Assembly: GCA_964609095.1 (NCBI GenBank)
Contig: CAZSQN010000002.1
Coordinates: 152,066 to 216,065 of the forward strand
DNA from: an uncultured Gammaproteobacteria bacterium
GTDB lineage: Bacteria; Patescibacteriota; Patescibacteriia; CAZSQN01
DNA length: 64,000 bases
Direction: 5' to 3'
The notes under the pieces are model-generated. The model saw nothing but the letters and a program-made list of their open reading frames with translations, was not told the DNA's origin and did no database searches. A program made the translations under genes and the position numbers. Positions 56,218 through 64,000 of this stretch are shown here, one piece after another (the stretch's first letter is position 1; each line of letters opens with the position of its first letter).

Positions 56218-57275
56218 GCGTCTGAAACGCAGGTTCGCCTGGTAAGCGACGGGTTCATTACCGCCTCGCCGCAAAAGAACGGAACATGGTCAACGCCCTG
56301 AGTGTGGGCGAGTTCGTGGCTGGCTACGGCAGTCATCCACTCCTCGGCTGCCGCGGGCTCCTCCGGCATGCAGTCAAGATTAAACTCAACCGCATAACGG
56401 CCGTCCAAACCGTCATAATCGCGGTAAGTAAAGCCCGCGACGCCGCAGCGTTCGGACTTGTACTCGCGCACGACCACTTCGGCGTCTTCACGCGAGCTGG
56501 CGCGAACGCAAGAAGCATGCACCGGCGTCCACCACGAGCAGCCAGAAAGCACCTGCTCGCTCCATGCTAGAAGCTCCGGCTCAAACCAGACGCTGATGGC
56601 AATGGTTTCTCCGCCAGTTTCGGAAGCGCAGCTCATCGGCTCTTCGTCAGGTGGCGCGGGCTCTGGCGGAGGCGCAACATCGTCGCCGCAGTCCAGAACC
56701 GCCTCGCCCGAATCCAGCAGAGACGAAGTGTGGTAGCGCTCGGTAAAAGCCAAGCGGTCACCCTCGCTAATGGCGGAAAGCAGCGTGAACGGCTGATGTC
56801 GCTCAATCGCCGGGTTCATCACCGCGTTGCCGCAGAAGGCAGGCACATCGGAAATTCCGAACAAGTGTCCGATCTCATGAGCAACCAAGTGAGTGAACCA
56901 CGGCCTGATATCCGACGGAAGGCAAGGATAGGCGGAGTTAATCCAAACGCCTCTTTTCCTGTCGTGGTAATCGCCAAGCGCGCCGACAAAGCCGTCTTCG
57001 CGGCAATCCCAATCAGAGTAGAAGTCAACGTAAATGTCCGCTTCCTCCACCGTTTCCGCAAGAGAGCAAGAAACACCCACCGTCTCCCACATCTTGCAGC
57101 CCGCGAGAGCTGCCTCGTTCGAGGCCTCCTGCCCGCCCCAAGGCGGGTCAAAAACGGCAATGGCAAGCTGAACGGTCTCGTTCAGCGGTTCGGACTTGCC
57201 GCAAACAGGCGGCAGCGGCTCGCGCCAAACACAGCCAAAACAAGCAAAACCCAGAGCAAAAATCGCGTTTTTCAT
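56178..57275 (-). CDS. lipoprotein with two metzincin-type zinc-protease modules
   Basis: Lipobox-like LGFACFGC; HEIGHLFGISD and HELAHTQGVDH (HExxHxxGxxD/H) each followed by a Met-containing turn (AVMNP). Confidence 0.6.
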   Translation of the reverse strand: MKNAIFALGFACFGCVWREPLPPVCGKSEPLNETVQLAIAVFDPPWGGQEASNEAALAGCKMWETVGVSCSLAETVEEADIYVDFYSDWDCREDGFVGALGDYHDRKRGVWINSAYPCLPSDIRPWFTHLVAHEIGHLFGISDVPAFCGNAVMNPAIERHQPFTLLSAISEGDRLAFTERYHTSSLLDSGEAVLDCGDDVAPPPEPAPPDEEPMSCASETGGETIAISVWFEPELLAWSEQVLSGCSWWTPVHASCVRASSREDAEVVVREYKSERCGVAGFTYRDYDGLDGRYAVEFNLDCMPEEPAAAEEWMTAVASHELAHTQGVDHVPFFCGEAVMNPSLTRRTCVSDADVSAWRERYIQE

Positions 57276-57382
57276 CTCTTTTTCCTTTCTTTTGTTTTCA
57301 AAGACCTAACAAAATAGCATAACACAAAACACCTATTTTGTCAATACAAAATCCCCTTTCGGAGTTAACAGAAAGGGGATAT

Positions 57383-57946
57383 TTAATCAGTACACGGTTC
57401 CGCGCACCAAGGTATCAGAAACGGCGATTTGGCTTCCAGCACGCTTCTTGCCCGATCGCGCGCGATCCAGCCCCTTATGTCTTCCTGCCGCAAACATTGA
57501 TGCGCGCGGCGCATAATCGGGCTCATTACCGAATCGGTGTCTTGGTCCGTATGGCGCACTCCCAGCTGGTGTCCAATCTCGTGAGCGGTGATGTTTATAA
57601 GCTTCATGTCGTCTTTAGAAAGACACTCGGTAAAAATATCTATTCTCCCGCCCCTGTAGGCATGGCCGAGAAGGGAGCTCCCGTTAGCGCGCCGGCAAGA
57701 CGGCGTTCTATTGGCGCAGACGCTCACATCCCGGCAAAATTCATCAGCGGCCAGCACGCAATTTACTCCGACAACCCTCCAAAAATTACAGCCGATAAGC
57801 AACGTTTCCGGCGCCAAATCGCTGTCAGGATAAACATACAGTTTAAGCGTCCACCTTTGGCGGATTTTGTAACGGCCGCATTCCGCATCTTCGCCGCGGC
57901 AGGCCGAAAATAAAAAAAGAACGGCAAATAACATTTTCCTTTTCAC
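57383..57946 (-). CDS. metzincin-like zinc metalloprotease lipoprotein (single module)
   Basis: Lipobox LFSAC; HEIGHQLGVRH ... SVM Met-turn. Confidence 0.6.
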   Translation of the reverse strand: MKRKMLFAVLFLFSACRGEDAECGRYKIRQRWTLKLYVYPDSDLAPETLLIGCNFWRVVGVNCVLAADEFCRDVSVCANRTPSCRRANGSSLLGHAYRGGRIDIFTECLSKDDMKLINITAHEIGHQLGVRHTDQDTDSVMSPIMRRAHQCLRQEDIRGWIARDRARSVLEAKSPFLIPWCAEPCTD

Positions 57947-57976
57947 CTTTCTCTCCTTTTTTACTTACAAAAAACT

Positions 57977-58420
57977 TTATTCCTCTTTATCTTGATTTAA
58001 TCTCGCGGCAAGGCGAAACTCCAGTTTCCTCAAACCCCACAAAATCAAAAGCGTTAAAATAACGCTGGCTATGGCAATGGAATAAAGGCGCAGACCCACG
58101 GCCGCTCCGATGGCGGCCGTAATCCATAGGCCGGCGGCGGTGGTCAGCCCGCGCACCTTGCCGCCCTGGACAATAATCAAGCCGGCGCCAATAAAACCAA
58201 CGCCGACAACAATCTGCGAGAGCACGCGCGAAGGGTCAAAATAAGGAGAAGTAGAAAACGCCTCCGACAGAACGGAAAAAAGGCAAGCCCCCAAGGCCAC
58301 TAGGGCGTAAGTGCGCAGCCCGGCTGATTTGCCGGTCCATTCGCGTTCAAAACCGATAATACCGCCGAGCAGAGCGGCGATAACAAGCTGTCCTATGATT
58401 TGGTAATCGGGAAAAAACAT
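57977..58420 (-). CDS. MgtC/SapB family membrane protein
   Basis: QLVIAALLGGIIGFEREW signature of the MgtC family. Confidence 0.8.
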   Translation of the reverse strand: MFFPDYQIIGQLVIAALLGGIIGFEREWTGKSAGLRTYALVALGACLFSVLSEAFSTSPYFDPSRVLSQIVVGVGFIGAGLIIVQGGKVRGLTTAAGLWITAAIGAAVGLRLYSIAIASVILTLLILWGLRKLEFRLAARLNQDKEE

Positions 58421-58427
58421 ATTTTTA

Positions 58428-59066
58428 TTATATCAACCCGTAAACAAAATTTACAAATCCTCTAAAGAGCAAACTGAATATGCCAAGCCCAAAAAAAGAA
58501 TCAAGCAAAATTATTGCCAAAAGAATCAGCGGGCCTCTTGTCTCCATCGACAGCATCATTGGCGCGTACTTTGGAGAAGAAAGAACCGCAAAAAGAAGCT
58601 TTGACCCGTCAAGAGGCGGCACGGGAATCAGATTAAAAAGCAGCAGAATGAGATTGATGGTCAAAAATAAAAATAAAAACTGGATTAAAAGATTGGAAAC
58701 GGACAAATCGGTTGTCAGCCGCAAAGTTTTTAAAACCAGCACTGAGATGCCGGCAAAAAAAAGATTTGCCGCCGGGCCGGCAAGCCCCACCAGCGCCGGT
58801 CCCCATCTTTTGACTGAAAGATTATAAGGATTAAACGGCACCGGCTTGCCCCAGCCAAAACCGACAAAAATAAGCGCCAAAAATCCAAGAAGGTCTATAT
58901 GCGCCAAAGGATTAAGAGTGAGGCGGCCGGAGTTCCTGGCCGTAGAATCGCCCAAAACAGTGCTGGCGAGCGCGTGCGAGAATTCATGAACCGTCAGCGC
59001 CGTCAAAATGGCAATGACCCAGACGACAAAACCAAGCGGACTTTCCATTAAAAGATTAAAAGGCAT
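58428..59066 (-). CDS. site-2 protease family (M50) zinc metalloprotease
   Basis: HEFSHAL HExxH in TM helix plus NLIPVPPLDG (LDG motif). Tool ORF's 29-aa prefix is repeat readthrough; real ATG at 59066 is preceded by TTATGTGCGGGGT. Confidence 0.75.
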   Translation of the reverse strand: MPFNLLMESPLGFVVWVIAILTALTVHEFSHALASTVLGDSTARNSGRLTLNPLAHIDLLGFLALIFVGFGWGKPVPFNPYNLSVKRWGPALVGLAGPAANLFFAGISVLVLKTLRLTTDLSVSNLLIQFLFLFLTINLILLLFNLIPVPPLDGSKLLFAVLSSPKYAPMMLSMETRGPLILLAIILLDSFFGLGIFSLLFRGFVNFVYGLI

Positions 59067-59067
59067 A

Positions 59068-59167
59068 CCCCGCACATAAATTTGTTTAATAATTATACAG
59101 ACAGCATTATAATTTCTCTTTTTATTTTCCCGCACCCCGTTTACAATAAACAAATTTATGTGCGGGG
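59068..59167. repeat. 100-bp cassette bounded by CCCCGCACATAA ... TTATGTGCGGGG, paralog of 4740-4835
   Basis: Shares TIRs, the conserved core tgcgggaaaataaaaa and an attataatg box with the other copy, in the same orientation relative to the downstream start codon. Confidence 0.75.
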
Positions 59168-59236
59168 CATAACATTGACATTATATCACAGCTTTGGTAA
59201 GCTAATCCCATAATTTATCTTGATATATCTATCCTT

Positions 59237-59413
59237 ATGGCCCGAATTTGCGAACATTGCGGCCGCCGTCCGCTTAAAGCGGTTTCCAGATCGCATTCAA
59301 ACATCGCCACCAAACGCAGGCAAATGCTTAATCTCCAGTGGAAAAGATTAGATGGTGAACGAGTGCGCATTTGCGCTAATTGCATTAAAACAATGAATCG
59401 CGTCAGAATCTAA
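59237..59413 (+). CDS. rpmB: 50S ribosomal protein L28
   Basis: MARICEHCGRRPLKAVSRSHSNIATKRRQMLNLQ... (58 aa; below the ORF-track length cutoff). Confidence 0.8.
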   Translation: MARICEHCGRRPLKAVSRSHSNIATKRRQMLNLQWKRLDGERVRICANCIKTMNRVRI

Positions 59414-59436
59414 TCCCTCGGCCGCGGGATAAACAG

Positions 59437-59460
59437 CCCCTCTTTTTAAGAGGGGTTTTA
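59437..59460. terminator. bidirectional intrinsic terminator cccctcttttt aagagggg + TTTT
   Basis: Between convergent rpmB (+) and dsbB-like (-) genes. Confidence 0.65.
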
Positions 59461-59461
59461 G

Positions 59462-60031
59462 TTACTGCTTTTCGTCCCGAAATGATTTTTTATGCGCGGC
59501 CATTAAAAGAATGATAAGCAAAAAAGCCGTAAGCATCATCATCGGAATAGTCACATAACCAAATTCCAATGTCAGGCGCTGGGAACATGAAACGGCGTTC
59601 GCGGAACACGAAAAAAGCGAATGTCCTCCAAATTGGAGATATTGATGATAGGCGGAAAAAATCGCGCCAATGCCGGAGAGAGCGATAGAATAATTAGCAA
59701 CCCCGCTATCCTCTTTGCGCAAAGCCATTCCCAAAATAATCACTTGCGGATAAATAAAAATCCGCTGTATCCAGCACAATTTGCACGGCGCAAAACCGAC
59801 AATCTCAGAATAATATAAGCTGCCGGCAACTGACGCAAGCGCGATTAAAAAAGAAAAAAGAACGGCGTTTTTGCCCAAAAAACGAAGAGCTTCACGGCCG
59901 TCCTTAAAATAATTCGCGTCTTGCTTAAAATATAAAATTATAAAAACAACCAAAAACGCGACAATTAAAATATCTCCGGCAACAGTGAGGGAGGACAATA
60001 TCTTGGTGGTGGTTTGCGCGGCTCCGTCCAT
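59462..60031 (-). CDS. DsbB/BdbC-family disulfide bond formation protein
   Basis: CKLCWIQR motif in first extracytoplasmic loop, 4-TM layout, second Cys pair CS..C. Confidence 0.7.
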   Translation of the reverse strand: MDGAAQTTTKILSSLTVAGDILIVAFLVVFIILYFKQDANYFKDGREALRFLGKNAVLFSFLIALASVAGSLYYSEIVGFAPCKLCWIQRIFIYPQVIILGMALRKEDSGVANYSIALSGIGAIFSAYHQYLQFGGHSLFSCSANAVSCSQRLTLEFGYVTIPMMMLTAFLLIILLMAAHKKSFRDEKQ

Positions 60032-60037
60032 AAATCA

Positions 60038-60424
60038 TTATTTTTTCTCGGGAAGAGCGCAGCCGGTTTTCTCGCTTAATTTTTCCAAAGAAACCTCACC
60101 GCCCAATCTGCCGCCGTCGCTAAATTCCCAAGTGGGATAACCGTCTATATTTTTTTCTTTGCAAATTTCTTTTTGACCGCGGCCATCCGGAGTGGAACAT
60201 TCAACATACGGCAAAAACTTTTCCGATTTTCCAAACATCTTTTTCTGATTCTGGCAATGCGGGCACCAAAACGCGCCGTAAAAAACCGCCGATTTGTCTT
60301 TAAGACATTGGCTAAAACCATCCAATTCTCCAGGACGGCTTCCCGCGTATGCCCATAAACCGACCGCGGCGGCAAAAATAATTGCCACAGATACCCAAGT
60401 TAGAATTTTTTTATTAGAGTTCAT
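60038..60424 (-). CDS. membrane-anchored thioredoxin-fold thiol-disulfide oxidoreductase (DsbA-like partner)
   Basis: N-terminal TM anchor, WCPHC active site. Confidence 0.7.
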   Translation of the reverse strand: MNSNKKILTWVSVAIIFAAAVGLWAYAGSRPGELDGFSQCLKDKSAVFYGAFWCPHCQNQKKMFGKSEKFLPYVECSTPDGRGQKEICKEKNIDGYPTWEFSDGGRLGGEVSLEKLSEKTGCALPEKK

Positions 60425-60431
60425 AGTTAGA

Positions 60432-60506
60432 TTGGTCGGGCCGCGGGGAATCGAACCCCGGCTGCAAGACCCCCAGCCTCGCGTACTACCATTATACTAC
60501 GGCCCG
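60432..60506 (-). tRNA. tRNA-Pro (anticodon GGG), CCA encoded
   Basis: Reverse-strand CGGGCCG...acceptor, T-arm CGGGGTTCGATTCCCCG, anticodon stem cgagg/tcttg (with GU pairs), loop CTGGGGG. Confidence 0.75.
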
Positions 60507-60873
60507 ATGAGTGAGAGGAAAACAAAACATTTTTGCTTTCCCGAACGAAGATGGGCCGAATCAAGTGAAGCGCAGATACGGCCCGCAATTATAAAACTTG
60601 CTTATTTTAACAAAAAATTGCCCATTAGGCAACTGAAATAGCTTCATCGCAATTAACCGACAATGGTTCTGGCTTATACCCAAGTGGGTGCCCTCATCCG
60701 CATTTCCACAGAAATACGGCGATATAAGGCGTTCCGCCCGAGGCGGAACACTCCGCGCCGCCTAATGCCTCGCCGAAGCGTTGAACATTAAGCAACAAAC
60801 GGAGCTCCCATTATATTTGGTTGTCCCAAAACCAAACACCGGAATTGCCAATGAAGCCAATTTCATTATACCC

Positions 60874-61578
60874 CTATTCAGCCACTCTGACCATGTCCGC
60901 AAATTTTTTCATTATTGTCTCAGCTTCTGGCGAGGGCGCGAGGGTATCCGCCCACTCCGGTTGGCCGCTGTCTTTGAAACGGTATTTTAAAATTTCTTCG
61001 TAATCCTCCTTGCTTCGCTCGGGATGAAATTGTACGCCGTAAACATTAGCGCCAATCCTACATGCCTGCACGGGGCATAATCTGCTTTTGATTAAAATTT
61101 CCGCGCCGGATGGCAGAGCTTCCACTCGGTCATGATGCGCCGATTGCGCGTTAAATTTTTCCGGCAGATGGCCGAATAAAGGATCGTTTTTGGCCGCGGG
61201 CAAAAGTTTCATCTCGCGCGTTCCATATTCTTTTGACGCGTCATCGCGGATAACTTCTCCGCCGCAAACACGGGTAAGCAATTGGTGGCCGAAACAGATT
61301 CCCAAAATAGGAATATTTTTTGCCAGTGCGACTTTAATAATTTTAACAAGTTCTTCCAATTTTGGAACCATAAGTCCTGAATCATTTTTAGCCACTCCGT
61401 ATTTGCTCCCGCCGATAATCAGCGCATCAGCTGACGCGACGCCATCTTTTGTTCCATCGGCAAAAAAATCAATTGATGCCAGTTCTTCCGCAGATATTCC
61501 CAAAGAGCGCAAAAACGACTTGCGTTCAAAATCAAGTTCCTTTTTTTCTTCTCGTATTTGCAGCAAACAGATTTTCAT
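60874..61578 (-). CDS. class I glutamine amidotransferase-like protein
   Basis: GICFGHQLL catalytic Cys and GVQFHPE His motifs. Confidence 0.8.
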   Translation of the reverse strand: MKICLLQIREEKKELDFERKSFLRSLGISAEELASIDFFADGTKDGVASADALIIGGSKYGVAKNDSGLMVPKLEELVKIIKVALAKNIPILGICFGHQLLTRVCGGEVIRDDASKEYGTREMKLLPAAKNDPLFGHLPEKFNAQSAHHDRVEALPSGAEILIKSRLCPVQACRIGANVYGVQFHPERSKEDYEEILKYRFKDSGQPEWADTLAPSPEAETIMKKFADMVRVAE

Positions 61579-61615
61579 CTCGTTAGAAGTTTAAGTAATA
61601 ATTATCAATTTATTT

Positions 61616-61680
61616 GTCATTCCCGCGAAAGCGGGAATCTGCGGGTTCAAATTTTGGATTCCCGCTTTCGCGGGAATGAC
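61616..61680. mobile_element. degenerate copy of the MITE-like element core (ATTCCCGC double-hairpin), TIRs eroded
   Basis: gtcattcccgcgaaagcgggaatctgcgggttcaaattttggattcccgctttcgcgggaatgac with a partial right-end match aaaaaacctaag; 38 nt upstream of the GATase start codon. Confidence 0.65.
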
Positions 61681-61739
61681 ATAAAAAACCTAAGTTCTTT
61701 CAAATCTTGATATTATTCCTTTTTTAAAAAAAAGAAAAG

Positions 61740-61773
61740 CCCCGCGCATAACTTACTTAAATTATGTGCGGGG
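61740..61773 (-). terminator. intrinsic terminator built from a REP pair (ccccgcacataa-loop-ttatgcgcgggg then cuuuucuuuuuuuu on minus strand)
   Basis: 12-bp stem with one mismatch, 10-nt loop, long U-tract; directly after the ATP-grasp gene stop. Confidence 0.65.
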
Positions 61774-61789
61774 TTGTATTCATTTTGAA

Positions 61790-63019
61790 TTATTTTTTGG
61801 TGGCTTCAACAGCGGATTCAAACAAGAATGCCGCTTCTTCCGCTCCCTCGGCCACGCACATAAGGCCGCACTTTGGTTCGGCAAGCGACAGGCACCGCAC
61901 GTTAAAAGGCAAAATGCCGTACTGGCCGTCAAAAAGATCGGGTTCCAATTTTGCCCGAAGCTCGGCAAAATTCCGCGCGTTTTCCGGATGCAGATTCTGC
62001 ATATGCACGGCCCAGGGCTTATGGCCGCGTTCCGCTTCAATCTGCCGCGCCAGTCCGTAGGCGTAAACCGTAGCCGTAATCCGTCCGTTGCACTCAAGGC
62101 AGAAAATATTTCCCGAGCGCGTTTTCATAAAATCAAAACCGCATATTCCGCGAAAGCCGCGCTCCCGCAAGGCCTTGGCGAGCAATGAAGATTTTTCAAC
62201 CAACTGCCCGCCATCCGCCACGGAGACCTCCGGCGGAAGCCCGGAAGAAATGATGTTGCCTTGATGGACAAAGCGCTCATCAACAAGCTGGCGGGACACA
62301 ATCAGCGGCTTCTCATCATCGCTTTCAATGTTCCAAAGAACGGAAAGAGAAAGATGTTCGTAGCCGGCTTCAAGAATGAGTTCGCGCGCCTCGCCGTACT
62401 TGGAAAAATAACTTTCCACCTGCGCCTTAAGCAACCCCGGGTTATCCGTGCGCAGTTTGACCAGTCCCAGCCCGGAGGCCAGATCGGGCCTTTTCAAAAC
62501 AATAAAATCCGGCTCTGCTTCTTTTTGCAGCATCTCTACCCCCGCAAGCGCTTCCGCCCTCTTTCGGCAGAAAACATGCGCCGGGAACAAGCCGGTTAAG
62601 CCAAGCTCCATCGCCAGTTTGCGGAGCGCGGCCTTGTTGTCAGCCAAAGCGGAAATCTCCGCCGGCGCCGAAATCGTGTCCTCCCAGCCAAGCCCCAATT
62701 GCTGAAGAAACATCTCTTCCCGCGCCGTGGAATTGAAAAACTGCAATTTTCCCCCGCCCAAAACAAAACAGTGAACAGCCGAACGCAGCTCTCCGCTCTC
62801 AAGAATGCCTTGGAAAAGGTCATCTTCGGGAACCTGAACAACGATTTCCGCGCCAATACCGATGTCATTAAGAAAACGGCGGTAATCATGAACCTCTTCT
62901 CCGGCTCGCACAAAAACAACGCCGGGAAGAAGCATGGCCCTGTCGGCGTAACGCTCTTTTCCCGGAAGCGGCAATTCCGGATAATTTGGCAGATGAATTC
63001 TTAGCGCCATCTTCTTCAC
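61790..63019 (-). CDS. ATP-grasp family ligase-like protein
   Basis: VLKRPDLASGLGLVKL and GICGFDFM...CLECNGRI resemble ATP-grasp B/C motifs; N-terminal region unassigned. Confidence 0.5.
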   Translation of the reverse strand: MKKMALRIHLPNYPELPLPGKERYADRAMLLPGVVFVRAGEEVHDYRRFLNDIGIGAEIVVQVPEDDLFQGILESGELRSAVHCFVLGGGKLQFFNSTAREEMFLQQLGLGWEDTISAPAEISALADNKAALRKLAMELGLTGLFPAHVFCRKRAEALAGVEMLQKEAEPDFIVLKRPDLASGLGLVKLRTDNPGLLKAQVESYFSKYGEARELILEAGYEHLSLSVLWNIESDDEKPLIVSRQLVDERFVHQGNIISSGLPPEVSVADGGQLVEKSSLLAKALRERGFRGICGFDFMKTRSGNIFCLECNGRITATVYAYGLARQIEAERGHKPWAVHMQNLHPENARNFAELRAKLEPDLFDGQYGILPFNVRCLSLAEPKCGLMCVAEGAEEAAFLFESAVEATKK

Positions 63020-63109
63020 GCTTCGCCTCCTTGTTAAAGAACGAAAAGACGCTCTGGTGGCAGAGCGCCCAATTATTTAAATTGTAATATAACTAAAAAA
63101 ATCTGTCAA

Positions 63110-63234
63110 CCCCGCACATAATTCTTGGATTAAAATACGCAAGGTTCAATCCTAATGACAAATTATTAAATAAAAACATTTCGTAAATCAACAAAAACGA
63201 AAAATCAATTTCGCGCCAAGAATTATGTGCGGGG
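63110..63234. repeat. REP-unit-bounded 125-bp element between ndk and the ATP-grasp gene
   Basis: C form at 63110-63121, G form at 63223-63234 (abuts the ndk stop). Confidence 0.7.
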
Positions 63235-63729
63235 CTAAAGCGTGTGCCCTTCATGCGCAAGCTTGTAATCAGACAATTCGTCTTCGTTAAACCAAAGCCA
63301 AACCTCGCGTTCGGCGTCATTTTTATCAGCAGAAGCGTGAATCAAGTTCTCCACCACCTTGCCCTGTTCATCGGCGTGGGAAAAACTTACATGAGAAAAA
63401 TCTCCGCGGATTGTTCCGGGCGCGGCTGATTTTGGTTCGGTGGCGCCAACTATCTTGCGCACATTCTCTATGGCGTTCACGCCCTCAACCGCAAAAGCCA
63501 GCACCGGACCGCTTTTTAGAAAATCAACAAGCATTGTCCGCACGCGCTCCCCGCGGCGGACGGTGATATCTTCCGTGTAATGCTTAAGCGCGTGTTCTTC
63601 CGGCACATTCCTCATTTTCATTCCCACGATCTTCATCCCGGCGTCTTCAAAACGGGACAGGATGCGGCCCATAAGCCCGCGCTTCACGCCGTCCGGTTTT
63701 ATTAAAACTAACGTCTTTTCTAAAGCCAT
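63235..63729 (-). CDS. ndk: nucleoside diphosphate kinase
   Basis: LEKTLVLIKPDGVKRGLMGRILSRFE... NDK signature and His active-site region. Confidence 0.9.
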   Translation of the reverse strand: MALEKTLVLIKPDGVKRGLMGRILSRFEDAGMKIVGMKMRNVPEEHALKHYTEDITVRRGERVRTMLVDFLKSGPVLAFAVEGVNAIENVRKIVGATEPKSAAPGTIRGDFSHVSFSHADEQGKVVENLIHASADKNDAEREVWLWFNEDELSDYKLAHEGHTL

Positions 63730-63754
63730 ATTTTTATTTTCTATTTACTATTTT

Positions 63755-64000
63755 CTAATTTCTACACAAGAGCCATTTTAGCACAGGGATTTTTATTTTA
63801 CAAGGCGCGCTCCTCGCGTTCTCAGGCCATACCTCCCAAGTTCTGCCGTCGCCATGCGCCGTAACAGTTCCGTCAGTATCCGTCCGATACACTGCCGCGG
63901 CGGCGCGCGAGAGCGTGCGCAAGGTGCGGAAATGCGGATGGCCGTACTTATTGCCGGCTCCGGAAGAGATGACCGCGTAGGCCGGCGAAACCTCTTTTAC
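63755..64000 (-). CDS. C-terminal end of a ComEC/Rec2-like MBL-fold protein (gene continues beyond window end)
   Basis: Reverse translation from the window edge gives ..VISSGAGNKYGHPH..VYRTDTDGTVTAHGDGRTWEV, a layout typical of ComEC metallo-beta-lactamase domain C-termini; stop at 63755. Confidence 0.45.
   Translation of the reverse strand, partial: VKEVSPAYAVISSGAGNKYGHPHFRTLRTLSRAAAAVYRTDTDGTVTAHGDGRTWEVWPENARSAPCKIKIPVLKWLLCRN

Noticed and set aside
60432-60506. tRNA-Pro as integration site of a genomic island (looked for integrase and att repeat of the tRNA 3' end)
   Set aside because: No integrase or recombinase ORF and no duplicated tRNA 3' segment found in the flanking 10 kb. The nearby GC-rich block has its own, different direct repeats.

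Overview
This 64-kb window comes from a small-genome bacterium. Background GC is about 50%, with two higher-GC segments (about 40.9-44.0 kb and 52.0-58.4 kb) and one AT-rich 2.3-kb insertion. Most genes are on the minus strand and fall into four blocks. (1) At 0.5-31.5 kb there is a large glycan/envelope locus. It begins with an acyl-carrier module (adenylating enzyme, ACP, AcpS). It continues with many GT4/GT2/GT39-like glycosyltransferases, sugar-nucleotide enzymes (WecB-like 2-epimerase, UXS-like decarboxylase, SDR epimerases, Gfo/Idh/MocA dehydrogenase, AsnB-type amidotransferase, SAM methyltransferase) and four tandem paralogous Wzy_C(O-antigen-ligase-like)+TPR membrane proteins. It ends at a 1226-aa Ser/Thr/Asn-rich secreted surface protein. 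I infer this to be a surface-protein glycosylation locus. (2) Housekeeping genes: ECF sigma/anti-sigma, smpB-tmRNA, infC-rpmI-rplT, rpmB, rpoD-like sigma, ndk, tRNA-Pro, and an ask-hom-asd-thrB-thrC threonine operon preceded by a Thr-codon leader peptide with a terminator/antiterminator pair. (3) Accessory islands: a GC-rich six-gene block of small secreted/membrane proteins (vWA, DnaJ-type zinc finger); and a GC-rich block with an SDR epimerase, two metzincin lipoproteins and MgtC, interrupted by an AT-rich insertion flanked by 134-bp direct repeats that carries a Ham1-like NTP pyrophosphatase and a P-loop kinase-like fusion protein. (4) An unusually dense set of intergenic repeat families: a REP-like 12-mer palindromic unit CCCCGCACATAA/TTATGTGCGGGG (at least 18 copies) that bounds 95-150-bp cassettes and often abuts start codons; a 160-bp MITE-like element with 16-bp terminal inverted repeats; and two families of hairpins whose arms are tandem heptamers. 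No CRISPR array, rRNA or recognisable recombinase was seen. All functional calls are from motif-level reading of the provided translations and carry that uncertainty.
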